Assembly (NCBI GenBank): GCA_030704615.1
Contig: CM060734.1
Location: 34,162,001-34,226,000, forward strand
Source of the DNA: Takakia lepidozioides
Taxonomy: Eukaryota; Plantae; Bryophyta
Length of the DNA: 64,000 nucleotides
Reading direction: 5' to 3'
Every line of letters begins with the position of its first letter. Within the stretch, counting starts at the first letter, position 1. Positions 14,001 to 24,025 of this stretch are shown one piece after another. Under the pieces are notes generated by a model that saw only the letters and a list, made by a program, of their open reading frames with translations, ran no database searches and was not told the DNA's origin. The position numbers and the translations under genes are program-made.

Positions 14001-14545
14001 GCATATTGCTCTTGCCCTAGGTGAGATCAAAGTCCTCGAGGAGTTGGGTCCCGATGGCATCCGAAGATTTTGAAATAATTGCACACAATGCCACCCAAGC
14101 CTTTCTCCCCTCAGTCATCATATCAAAGTATATATTAAACAATGTAGTTCTGATGCTGGGGGGTCTCCCCTGGTACCTGAGCTTGCATCTGGATTTCCAG
14201 ATATTCCAAAGCGAGTGGGCTCTGATGCAAGACCAAATTGGGCAAGACAGGGAAGAGGACCTAGGTTGATTGTTCAACATGAACAAGGATGGAGATGGTG
14301 AGGAAGGTAGGGTATTCCAGTTCGAGTAGAATCAGGTGACCAACTCCCAGATTTTGCGAACATGAGGGCATTGCACCAGACAGTGCTCTATTGTCTCCAT
14401 GTTTTGAGCACAGGTGGGGCAATGTTGTGGGCCTTCCAGTGCATTTGCATTGACAGACAGAATTCTATGAGCCACCTTCCACAAAAAGGCCGATACTTTG
14501 GCTGCTCTGTTTTTTCCCATACTTCTTTCCAAAAAGTGGTCCAGT
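11057..14545 (-). mobile_element. 5'-truncated L1-type LINE (poly(A) tail, 3' UTR, zf-RVT end of ORF2), interrupted by a Helitron
   Basis: Poly(T) at 11057-11072 is followed by AAATAAA..AAAGGGG..GGCCCTTTT, and a related 3' end occurs at 30535. The minus ORF 14332-14532 (KVSAFLWKVAHRIL..CPTC..METIEHCLVQCPHVRKIW) is the zf-RVT motif. Confidence 0.7.
11119..13522 (-). mobile_element. Non-autonomous Helitron with multiple tandem 3' termini
   Basis: On the minus strand it begins TCTATG (13522) and ends CTAG (11119), inserted between A and T with no TSD. A subterminal hairpin (CTTGGGCC-AAC-GGCACAAG) lies just before CTAG. The terminus motif TAGGGTAGC.TGTGCC.TTGGCCCAAGTG recurs at ~11119, 11879, 12544, 12648, 13016 and 13123. 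Confidence 0.7.
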
Positions 14546-14557
14546 TCGTGTTGTCCC

Positions 14558-15817
14558 TAGAGCCGGGTCCGGATACTTGACAAATTAGAGAATGATATAT
14601 TCTCCGGATCCGGACATTAGAATAATCTGCATTTCTAATATCCGCCGGTTATGCATAGTAAAAGCTTTGAAAAATCTGCCGGATATAAATAAGTCCGGAT
14701 ATTCAGATTATAATATCCGGCGGTTATAGAGTAATCCGGATATATGAATAATAGAAAATAACATCTTTTAAATTTTTCATTTAATCAATTTAAATCATTA
14801 CAATTATAATAAAATATTAATATTTTATTTTTCTTATATCCGGTTGAGATCCGGTATTTTTGGTATATTTCCAGATACAATCCGGTTATTAATCCTTTTT
14901 ATATCCAGCGGATAGGATCCTATCCGGATCCTTTGTTTTATGTATCCGCCGGATATAAATAATAGCCGGATATCAAATAACTGTCGGATCCGGATACATT
15001 GGTATCCGGATTTCGCTATCCGGATCACTCTATATCCGCCCAACATTGGTTCAGTGTAGGAAAAGAGGAGCTGATGGAGGCCCTTCCATCGTTTAAGAAT
15101 GCGTGAACGATGGCGGTACTAGAAGGGCGCATCATTCCACCGTTTAAGAATGCGGTTATTTGATTTTTTTAATATCAGCCGGTTACGGATGTTTAACTTT
15201 AACTTTGTATTCACATCCTCCGGTTCCGGGGTTTTGGAGCTTTTTTGTTTCTGATATGCTGCCGGTTGGCAACAAATACAAAATTTAACCCTATGCGGTT
15301 GTGGACAAATGGAGTTTATGTCAGGATGGCCTCCGGCGGTTCAGTATCCGGTTATCGAACAAATCTAATTTTATTTTAATAACATAAAACAACCCAAACT
15401 AAAAATCTAATGTATTAAAAATACTAATGAAAAAATGTGTGCCCCTCTGAAACGTGCCCTTCTGAAACGTGATGAGTAGAAACGAAATGAAGACAGGCGA
15501 GATCATGACTATGGCCCGCCTCTTTTATGTCAAGTGAACGAATAACCAGCTATTATCCGGATTATAACCTCCGGTTTTGAATGCCGGATATATGGGTAAT
15601 AACCTGCTTCTTTTGGCCACTAGTTCCAGTTCAAATCAAATTAAAGAAACATACAAAATCACCGGTTCTCAACCGGGTCCGGTTATCCCATCTTTCATAT
15701 CCGGTGGTTCTTATCGGAGGCGGATATTTGATTTGACCTCCGGCAGATCCACATATATATATCCGGGTTGGGACCCGCCGGGGGTTTGAGGGTGAATCAA
15801 ATATCCACGCAACACTG
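14558..15817. mobile_element. Two adjacent MITE/hAT-like non-coding elements rich in ATCCGG/CCGG motifs
   Basis: Dense ATCCGG/CCGGAT motifs in both orientations flank AT-rich cores. Similar right ends: TATCCGCCCAACATTG (~15048) and TATCCACGCAACACTG (~15817). TSDs not resolved. Confidence 0.4.
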
Positions 15818-15822
15818 GGCGG

Positions 15823-16170
15823 TGTCAAGTTAAATAAGCACAGTGTGAAAACAGCTAGAATAAAACTAGTTATTTGTATTTAACACTTGGATTTAGGTCA
15901 AGTGTTAAATCAGGTGTCAAGTTTAGTTTGACACCTGGTCCGTCTTATCTTCACGAGAGCGGCAGTCGCGCGGCTCATCTTTCTCGAGTTGAGCCTGCGC
16001 GACCGAACTCCTGCATGTGTTTAGATTTGAGTGTGCTTATGTAGGGGTACAGGTTGTTGTGGGGTGGAGTCCCCATAGCTTCGGGTGCCCCTGGCTCGAC
16101 TACTATTTTCTAAGAGTGATGGTTTGGTTTTCATGTTTTGTGTCACAGTGTGTTCGTTGGATTTCTATCA
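15823..16170 (+). repeat. D1 5' terminal repeat A (348 bp)
   Basis: TGTCAAG...TTCTATCA. I count 4 substitutions versus the copy at 26721-27068 (~99% identical). Confidence 0.95.
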
Positions 16171-16184
16171 CTCGAGAAAGATGA
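16171..16184 (+). promoter_or_regulatory. Non-tRNA primer-binding site complementary to the element's own repeat A
   Basis: CTCGAGAAAGATGA directly follows repeat A and is the reverse complement of TCATCTTTCTCGAG at 15975-15988. There is no TGG tRNA-type start. D3 shows the same arrangement. Confidence 0.8.
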
Positions 16185-17034
16185 TCTCTTACCTGTGAGT
16201 GCAAGGTAGGAGTTGAGGGTTAGCACTTGCAAGATTACCTGCGTATAAGTAGTGATTAGTTTGAGAAGCATATCATTGAATGTGACCACAAGATTCAGCG
16301 TGCCCTGAAACGCCTGGAGGATGACGATGCCAGAGCCGCCATTGTTATTGCAGTCGCTGAAGCTACCAAGTCACTAGAGGCTTTGGGGTACACAAGGAGA
16401 TACTTAAAAATGCAGCATCAAATGCTAGTTGGCACCTATGCATGATCCTTGAAGCTGGATGATCGTTTCACCAGTAAGCTTACAGAGGAGCTCTTCTGGT
16501 CTTGTGTGTCATGTCTGAAGGCTTCATTGCATACCACTGATCCTCTTTCAAAGGAACAACCGCTTGACTGTCCAGGCTTTGCAGAATCAGAAGCTTGAAG
16601 TCACAACGAACGATGATGATGATGTGGAACAGTGGGTGGAAGCTTGTCTTCCAAATTTTTGGCAGCAGATGACACTGCAGCGCGGAAAAGAATGCCTTGC
16701 TCGGAAGAAGGCTCTGATCCAACTAGTTGTGTGTATCTGTGACTTGGCAGAGGACTGGGCATAAATGACATTTGGTGGGTCTCAAAAGTGGGTCCACATC
16801 TGAACGTTGTCACTTGGGGCTGCAAGTTATCGTGATTCAGGGGTGACTCTAACTGAATCACCATTGACAAGGACAGTAGTGGCAAGTGCTGTTTAGGGAA
16901 GACACCACTGTGGACAACTTGATTCATGTGATAGAAGGCTAAATACAGCAGTGGTGGGACTAGCCAACAACCGACAAGGCAATCCAGCATGCAGTACCTG
17001 GACAGTTTCTTTTTTTTTTCAAAATGGATTGCAG

Positions 17035-17600
17035 GGATATCAGCAGATGAGAAGGCAAGACTGCTACACTGTGTTGTTGTAGGTGGTGGTCCTACAGGGG
17101 TGGAACTCAGTGGTGAGCTCAGTGACTCATCAGGAGAGACGTCTACGGCTAGTTCGGCCATGTGAAAGATTTTATCCATGTCACACTTATTGAGGCAAAG
17201 GAGATTTTTTTTCATCTTTCGATGTTCGACTCCGGGAGTACGCGACCAGGCACCTGATCAAGGGTTTGGAGGGATAAGCTGGAGGGTCTTAAATGCATAA
17301 CTGTTTTCAGACTGGGGTAAAGCTGATGCAAGATGTAGTCAAGGATGTTCTGCCAGACAAATTAGTGCTTACGGATGGGACGGAGGTGCCATACGGGCTG
17401 CTGGTTTGATCAATGGGTGTTGGATCTTCTTCCTTTGTCCACTCCTTACCTGTGAAGAAGTGCCCTGGTGGAAGCTTGGCAGTTGATCCAGTTACTAATG
17501 GAAGCCCTACCGCAAACAAAGAGTGTTGCTGAGAGACAAGGAAAGTACCTGGGCAAATCTTTGAACAAGCTGGCACAAGCAGGTGGTGGTCAGGCTGGGG
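17035..17600 (+). pseudogene. Captured fragment of a type II (NDA-type internal alternative) NAD(P)H dehydrogenase gene inside D1
   Basis: Translates with frameshifts as [55 protein letters not shown]..[intron-like, ends TTTTCAG at 17310]..[46 protein letters not shown], matching plant NDA1/NDA2 motifs. Confidence 0.85.
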
Positions 17601-18487
17601 TCCTTTTGTAGATATTCTGTGGGCCTTTAATGAGCAAGTGATCCAACCATACTCTAAGCTCAGGCGTTGAGCAGCCTTACAGGTGAATCTATAGGGTCCC
17701 GTGGGAACAATTTCTGCAGCTACACAGGGTGTGTTAGTGGCCTAAGAACAGCTTAGAAATGCTTCAGTGCAAGCCCTGGAAATTGTGGGCGTCAATGCCC
17801 GTTGCAGGAAAACATGAGAGATGCGAATTAGACCAAGTTGATGGAACTTCAAGCTGGTCTTGGCTTTGGATTCCATGCAAAGACGGCCACATCACAGCAG
17901 GCCGCCTGTCCATAAGCCATGAAGGTGCTGCGCAGTGCATCTGCTCTTGAAATCGCCCCAATTCCTGGTTTGTAGTCTCTAGGTCTCGAGGAGGCAGGCC
18001 CACGCGCAGAGAAAAGCAAATCGTGATACCCCACCCAACTGAGGTCGAGTGTTGGAATTAACGAGCTCTTGGTGCCTGGAGAATCCTGGAGGGGAACGAC
18101 CTCGGGAACTCGTAGATAACCTGGGAACAGGTTGTAATGGCAAAAGCGTTTTGGTGTTAAAAAAAAAAAAAACAAAGCCTTTTTGATCTAATTTAAATGT
18201 TTAAAGAGCCTGGTTGGTCATATCTTTGTCAAATGAGCTCCGTTTGACTCAGTTTTTGAGGGGATAGCTGCAGAAAGGGGAAATCTACCTATCTAGACCT
18301 GGTTTCTGTTTTTGGGACTCTGCTAAAAATCTATGGAATTTTAGAGTGTGAGTGTGCCATGAAAGATCCACAATCCTGTCTCTAGAACTTGTGCTGGTCT
18401 ATATTAGAGACAAATCTGTGGATGTACTCCTTGTATGGCTGGGGGAAATGAGGACGTCGTTGAAGGGCAGGTCTCTTCTCTTAGCCT

Positions 18488-19183
18488 GTGCACCAAAGGG
18501 GACAAGATTTATGTTTCCCAAGAACTCAGACTGATTTGAGTGGAGAACAGTTGGACGAGTTGATTGCATACTGGGAGTCAGGCATTAGCAGTAGACAACA
18601 GACTGCTGTAGTTGGCATTGAGGGCCTCAATATCGCCTTGGACAGTCAGAACTCTGTTGGAGCCAGCAGTTCTGCAGCTGTAGGTGAAATACCAAAGTGG
18701 GTGAAAGCTAGGCTTGGAACACAGCCAAAGACAGCCCCGGGGACCAAGGTGTTCAGTCACAAGGCCGTGGTGTACTGGAGCAGAGGAGCAGGAGCTACAC
18801 AAGTTTGTGCAATTAGACAGTGTTGCAGTCGGACACACTCTGCACAAGGCAACCACGAGCGGGGGTTCATTAGCGAGGACAAGTTTGTTCTGTTTGAAGG
18901 CGATGCAGTCATTCGCAATGAAGACACCCGCAACCGTCTCAAAGCTTTCGAGTTGAGAGACTATCAGACCCTACCTTTGTTTTCTTTAGTGTTCAGTGAG
19001 CGGGAGATAGGGGAGTATTGCTTTGTCTCTACCTGGCAGAAAGAGGAGGAGGGTTGGTTAGAGCGAGCTACTGTAGCTTGGGACAAGGTTAGTGGCAGGT
19101 TTCTGGACATAGATATACCTCCTACACCTTACCATCACGCAGAGCGAGGCACTTTGAGAGAAGTCTGGAAGTTGATAGCATAG
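18488..19183 (+). CDS. Accessory ORF of unknown function upstream of D1 gag
   Basis: 231-codon open frame with protein-like composition (YQTLPLFSLVFSEREIGEYCFVSTWQKEEEGWLERATVAWD..). Start codon uncertain; absent from D3. Confidence 0.35.
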   Translation: MHQRGQDLCFPRTQTDLSGEQLDELIAYWESGISSRQQTAVVGIEGLNIALDSQNSVGASSSAAVGEIPKWVKARLGTQPKTAPGTKVFSHKAVVYWSRGAGATQVCAIRQCCSRTHSAQGNHERGFISEDKFVLFEGDAVIRNEDTRNRLKAFELRDYQTLPLFSLVFSEREIGEYCFVSTWQKEEEGWLERATVAWDKVSGRFLDIDIPPTPYHHAERGTLREVWKLIA

Positions 19184-19703
19184 ATCAGGATTAGATCTTG
19201 CTTGGGCGAACTTCTATTCTTCCCCTCCATCTCTGTACTATTTTCATTATCTTGTACTCGTAGTTGCCAAAGCCTCTCTTGGTGGAGGCCAGTCAGTCCG
19301 GGGTTTTGGGCTGGGATATTCTGCAGGATCAGCATTGCAGCTGGATTTTGGTGTGGGGGTGTTGATGTTTTGATTTCTTGTGTTTGGATCCCCCCCAACA
19401 CCTGCATGCTTGACTGTGCGCCATGTTGGTTTTGTGTGGGCGCTTGCTTTCATAGGGATTAGGCCGGATTTGATCACCGGTCAATCCTAGAGTATGCTGT
19501 CGGTGGTGAGGCTGGAGTGATGACCAGCAAGACCACCAGTGTTTCTTCTATGGTGAGGCTGGGTTGATGACCAGCCAACCATAGGAGTTCTTGCGGTGGA
19601 TGCAGGTGCAGGTGCCCTGAGCCATTGGGATATGACCCTTAAAACTGCAACAGGTGCCCACCCGTGTCACTATTAGATTAGTACTAGAGCCTTATAGTGT
19701 CAC

Positions 19704-21734
19704 GTGGAGGAGGTGCACATTGTGAGTGTCATTACGGAGTTACCCAAGGGTGGTGAGGGGAGTACGGCTACAGGCAGTAACAGTGAGAGTGGGTTCACAA
19801 GACGAGGTATTCGGTTCAGACCACCTTCACCGCCACCCTCAATTACTGTAGAGTCAGACACAGACTCGGAGGCTTCATCAACAGGTGTGCACTTTCATTC
19901 GCCATTGTTGTGGGACGACATGGAGGAGATGTATGGAGCTACCAAGGGGCCTCGTAGGTACTCTGGAGCTGTGGGCACAATCGAGTTGGATGACTTTATC
20001 CAGGAGTTCGACAGCTGGTGTGATTTGCAGCAGATGCGCAATCCACAGCTATTCACCCCATTCATGGCGTGGAAGGGACTGTTCCAGCATTTGGAAGGCC
20101 CGCCTATGGACGATTACCACGAGTTCAGGCGAGGACATGAAGCAGAGATTGAGGAGTGGAGGATGTATTGGTCACCTGACTACGTCTCCATTACTCGAGG
20201 CACGACGCGACCAGTAGCTGCATCAGTACCAATAGCTCCCACTGCCAGCACTAGTAGTGGAGCAGGTAGTGCTGGTACTTCTGCAGGTGGTACCAGTTCA
20301 AAAGGTGCTACTACTCCTCCTGCCACAACTACAACACATGTGCCTAGATTCAACCCGGTGGTGGAGTTCTTCCAGGAGTTGCGGAGGAACTACCAAGGTG
20401 TACGGACAGAGAAGCTGCGAAGTTTGCAAGACTTCCAGCGCAAACCCAGTGAGAGCCTGCGAGAGGCGTACACTCGTATGAGGCGCTTGATAAGTGTGAC
20501 CCAAGGGGTTACTGAAGCTCAGGCAATCCAGTTTTGGTATGGAATTCTGGACAAGGAGCTCAAGAGAAGGGTGCGAGATGCAACCCTGTTACAAGCAGCC
20601 CAACCCACATTAGCAGATGTGTTTCTGCTGGCTGAGCGGATTGAGCTCAACATGGTGGAGGAGCGAGTTGTTACAATTGGATTTGGCAAGGACATGCCTG
20701 TACGGGGCACAGCTGTCAGCCCACAAGCACAAGGGACTGCCCAACAGCGTGGTCAGGGGGGCAAGGTTGCCCAGCCCAAGTTCCATGGAGCTTACAGGGG
20801 GCCTCAGGTGCAGAGGCCCGTGGCATCTTTTGCAGGCCAACAACAACCAGGGGTGATATGTTGGACATGTGGAGGACCCCATGTCAAGAGAGATTGCCCA
20901 GAGAGTGGCAGAAGGCCGGCACAAGCACAGCCTGCACAGTTGCAGTGTGGGCATTGTGGCAAGTATGGGCATGGAGATGCCCAGTGTTATGACTTGCATC
21001 CTGAGTTGCGCCCAGGCCAGTTCCAAGGGAACAATGGTGGCCGGGGGCGAGGTGGACCAGCCCAGAGAGGACGAGGTGGTCGGGCACGAGGTGCAGGCCA
21101 AGGGCAAGCTCAACATGGCCAAGGACGCGGAGGTCAGGGCGTTGATCAAGGCATGGCCAACCGGCTTCAGCAGCTAGAGCAGAGGCTCGCTGCCATGGCT
21201 ATAGCTCAGGCGGTACCGGCTCCCAGGCGGGATGGTCCACCTCCTGCTCCTGAGGGAGGAGATATGGGAGGCATGGGATTTATGTGCGGAGCAGCACTAC
21301 CACTAGAGCAGGTGGAGTCTGCTGCAGCCGTGACTCGAGGAGCAGCACGAGTTCCTGAGCCACGAGGTGCAGAGGTGGAATTGGATCCACAGCGTGGGGA
21401 GGCAAGCCGTCAGGCAAGGCTTCCTCAGTCATTCACATTGGCGGAGACTGTGTCGACGCCATCCATGGCACCTAGTTCTCGCCCGACTGTTACCGAGGCG
21501 GAGGTTACTATGCCATTGGGGAGAGCTACACGTGCAGCATTGACTCCTGCTGCCAAGGCTAGTGCGGCCGGTGTGTTATTGGGGGCAGCCACCTCTGTGT
21601 GTCAGGCCCCACTGTTCTCGGCAACAATGATTGCGACGCCGGGGGTGAGACCAGCTGCAGTGTTCAGACTAGCAGCAACACTCTGTGAGAGTGGGGAGGT
21701 CACTTCATCTTCTGCGGAGTTAGTGGAAGTGTAG
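19704..21734 (+). CDS. D1 Gag (retrotransposon gag domain, two CCHC knuckles, RGG-rich region)
   Basis: Contains LQDFQRKPSESLREAYTRMRRL..QAIQFWYGIL, and knuckles CWTCGGPHVKRDC and CGHCGKYGHGDAQC. First in-frame ATG is at 19920. The 1-nt frameshift at ~21730 is not shared with D3. Confidence 0.88.
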   Translation: MEEVHIVSVITELPKGGEGSTATGSNSESGFTRRGIRFRPPSPPPSITVESDTDSEASSTGVHFHSPLLWDDMEEMYGATKGPRRYSGAVGTIELDDFIQEFDSWCDLQQMRNPQLFTPFMAWKGLFQHLEGPPMDDYHEFRRGHEAEIEEWRMYWSPDYVSITRGTTRPVAASVPIAPTASTSSGAGSAGTSAGGTSSKGATTPPATTTTHVPRFNPVVEFFQELRRNYQGVRTEKLRSLQDFQRKPSESLREAYTRMRRLISVTQGVTEAQAIQFWYGILDKELKRRVRDATLLQAAQPTLADVFLLAERIELNMVEERVVTIGFGKDMPVRGTAVSPQAQGTAQQRGQGGKVAQPKFHGAYRGPQVQRPVASFAGQQQPGVICWTCGGPHVKRDCPESGRRPAQAQPAQLQCGHCGKYGHGDAQCYDLHPELRPGQFQGNNGGRGRGGPAQRGRGGRARGAGQGQAQHGQGRGGQGVDQGMANRLQQLEQRLAAMAIAQAVPAPRRDGPPPAPEGGDMGGMGFMCGAALPLEQVESAAAVTRGAARVPEPRGAEVELDPQRGEASRQARLPQSFTLAETVSTPSMAPSSRPTVTEAEVTMPLGRATRAALTPAAKASAAGVLLGAATSVCQAPLFSATMIATPGVRPAAVFRLAATLCESGEVTSSSAELVEV

Positions 21735-22640
21735 TGGCAGAGGGATCCTCGGATTTGAGGGTCAAGACTGCCACGGCTGCGCCATGGCAAGTTGCAGCTG
21801 CCAGGTTGACGGAGCTGCCAGCTAGGCCAGCCATTGAGCGCGCCATGGTGACACCTGGAGTTGTCTTGTTAGACAACCAGGGAGGCATTTTCACTTTGAG
21901 TGGACCGGCAGGCAAGAAGTACCGGCCACTGCGGGTCTTGTTGGACTCAGGAGCTCAGCCACTGATGTTGGGCAGAGCTGCTATTGCAGGTTTGGGCCTC
22001 ATGGAGGCGGATATGGAGCCTTGTCCTTTCCAGATACAGACATCTCTGGGAGGATCAGAGCAGGCTCGCGGCATGACACGGCATCAGTTGGCTATTAGAC
22101 TGCAGCCGGATCATCCTGTAGATGGCTCAGTGATGCGAGCCAAGGCCATTGTGACAGACGCGGTCTCTTACGATGTCCTCGTTGGTGGGGCAGTGTTATA
22201 CCCCATGGGCTTCACCCTGGATTTCTGGGAGGAGTCAGCATCCTACAGGCCTGGATGGCAGTCAGGGGATGGTCGCCGTGCACAGCTCCCTGTGACATTC
22301 ATTGGGGGTATTGCAGCTGCCCAGCGGGGCAAGATGCCAACACTAGCCGCCTTCACAGCTGCCGTTAGTTGGCCTGGAGAGTTGCTGGAAGGCAATGCCC
22401 ATGCAGAGGATGTGCCACCTCCAGCAGAGCAGGATGACATGCATGGTACGGCGGAGTTGCCTGCCATGGTTGCTCACACCCCGTTGTGGGGTACGAGCAA
22501 GGATTTGCAGCAAGCTGCTGATGGACGGGTGCAACAAGCTTGGGAAGAAGCTTTTGTACCGTCAGGAGAGGAGGAGAGTGCGGTGATTGCACCAGGGCCA
22601 CCTCAGTTGTCGCCATTGGACACCACACCTCTTGTGGGCA
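21734..22640 (+). CDS. D1 aspartic protease region (frameshifted continuation of the polyprotein)
   Basis: RVLLDSGAQPLM active-site motif and a distal YDVLVGG..L motif. Confidence 0.85.
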
Positions 22641-22647
22641 GCGGCCG

Positions 22648-23903
22648 GATGAAGGCATTTGCCTTCTGGACTTGTTTGGCGGGATCAGCACCGGATTGGC
22701 TGCTGTGCTACAGGCAGATGTGCGGGTAAGGCGTTACCTGTATGTGGAGAGGGATGAGACTGCACGACGCGTCTCACTGCGCCATGTGGCTCAGTTGGTA
22801 CAGCAGTACCCTGACTTGTTGCCTGTGTCTGCAGTTCGTGGATACCAACAAGCCTTGCCAGCAGACATTTCCTTGTTGGGGGCGCAAGATTTGGAGCAGG
22901 TTGGCTCCATTGATCTGATAGTGGCAGGTTGGCCCTGCCAAGGGCATTCATCAGCCGGGCATGGCAATGGATTGCGAGACTCGAGGACGGGTCTGTTTTG
23001 GGAGATGGTGCGGATTTTGCGCTGCTTGCAGCTTCATCAAGCTGTATCTCCAGCATACATCTTGGAGAATGTACCATTGATGGGTGATTCTCGGGCCAGG
23101 GTGATGGCCAGTGTGCATCAAGTCCGGTCGTGGCTTGGGTCAGCAGTGTTGCTGGATGCAACTGCAGTGGGGTCACGGGCTCATCGTCCACGACTATGGT
23201 GGACTAACTTGATGCCACCCGCACTGCTCAAGCGTGCATTTGATGGGGTGCAGCGGCCAGCACACCTCACCGTGGATGGCATTTTGGACACAGGAAGGCA
23301 GTCTCAACGTGTGAGACACGATGACCGTTCGCCTTTGGCCGTGGTCAACAGGGTGGGTCAACCACGAGCAGCATTACCTACACTGCTCAGCTTCCCGGAT
23401 CCCATGCTTTTCGGGATGGTGGACCTGGCCTCCTGTGGGATGCTCAGTTGCAGCAGTTAGTGGAGCCTAATGCCGACGAGCGAGAGCGGGCTATGGGGTT
23501 TTCCACTGGGACCACGGTGGTGCCTTCTCTTTCTGAGGCATCACGTCGTCAGGTGTTGGGGCAAGCAATGGATCTCAATTGCTTGACCTGGATTGTCAGC
23601 TTGGCTATGGCTGAGCAACGTAGAGTGCGGAGTGCACTTCCCTTGACGGTCTCTCTGCCTACCGAGACGGTACAGGCAGCGAGTGGGGGCGAGCCGGTGA
23701 GGACCACGAGGTGTAGACATCCATGGCACATGTGGGAGGTGCTCGAGGTTCAGAGGGAGTTGGCAGCGAAGGCAGCTGTGATGGATGAGGTTGGGGATTC
23801 TTCTCGGGATGAGGAGGTTCTCAATGATGAGATGATGGGGCAGGATGAGGCCTTGTCATTGACTGAGCAGGAAGGGGGTACTGCTCAAGAGGTTGCAGCA
23901 TAG
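22648..23903 (+). CDS. D1 C5-cytosine DNA methyltransferase domain (one frameshift at ~23397)
   Basis: Motif I LDLFGGISTG; II YVERD; IV AGWPCQGHS (catalytic PC); V GLRDSRTGLF; VI ILENVP; VIII AHRPRLWWTN; IX EPNADERERAMGF; X RRQVLGQAMD. Confidence 0.93.
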
Positions 23904-24025
23904 CAACCACGGGACGCGTCCTCTACCTCTAAGCCCACTGGACTTAAGGTTGCAGTTACGGAGGACAATTGGGAGCCTGACATCCCATTGTCACCGGAGG
24001 AGAGAGACGACGTATACGGCGGTTC

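Noticed and set aside
16601-17215. 204-aa minus-strand ORF
   Set aside because: It is antisense to the captured NDA fragment, with no recognisable features.
22648-23903. Bacterial restriction-modification methylase, contamination, or a host DNMT gene
   Set aside because: It is intronless, in the same polyprotein position in two retroelement copies, has no partner restriction gene, and is flanked by spliced plant genes.
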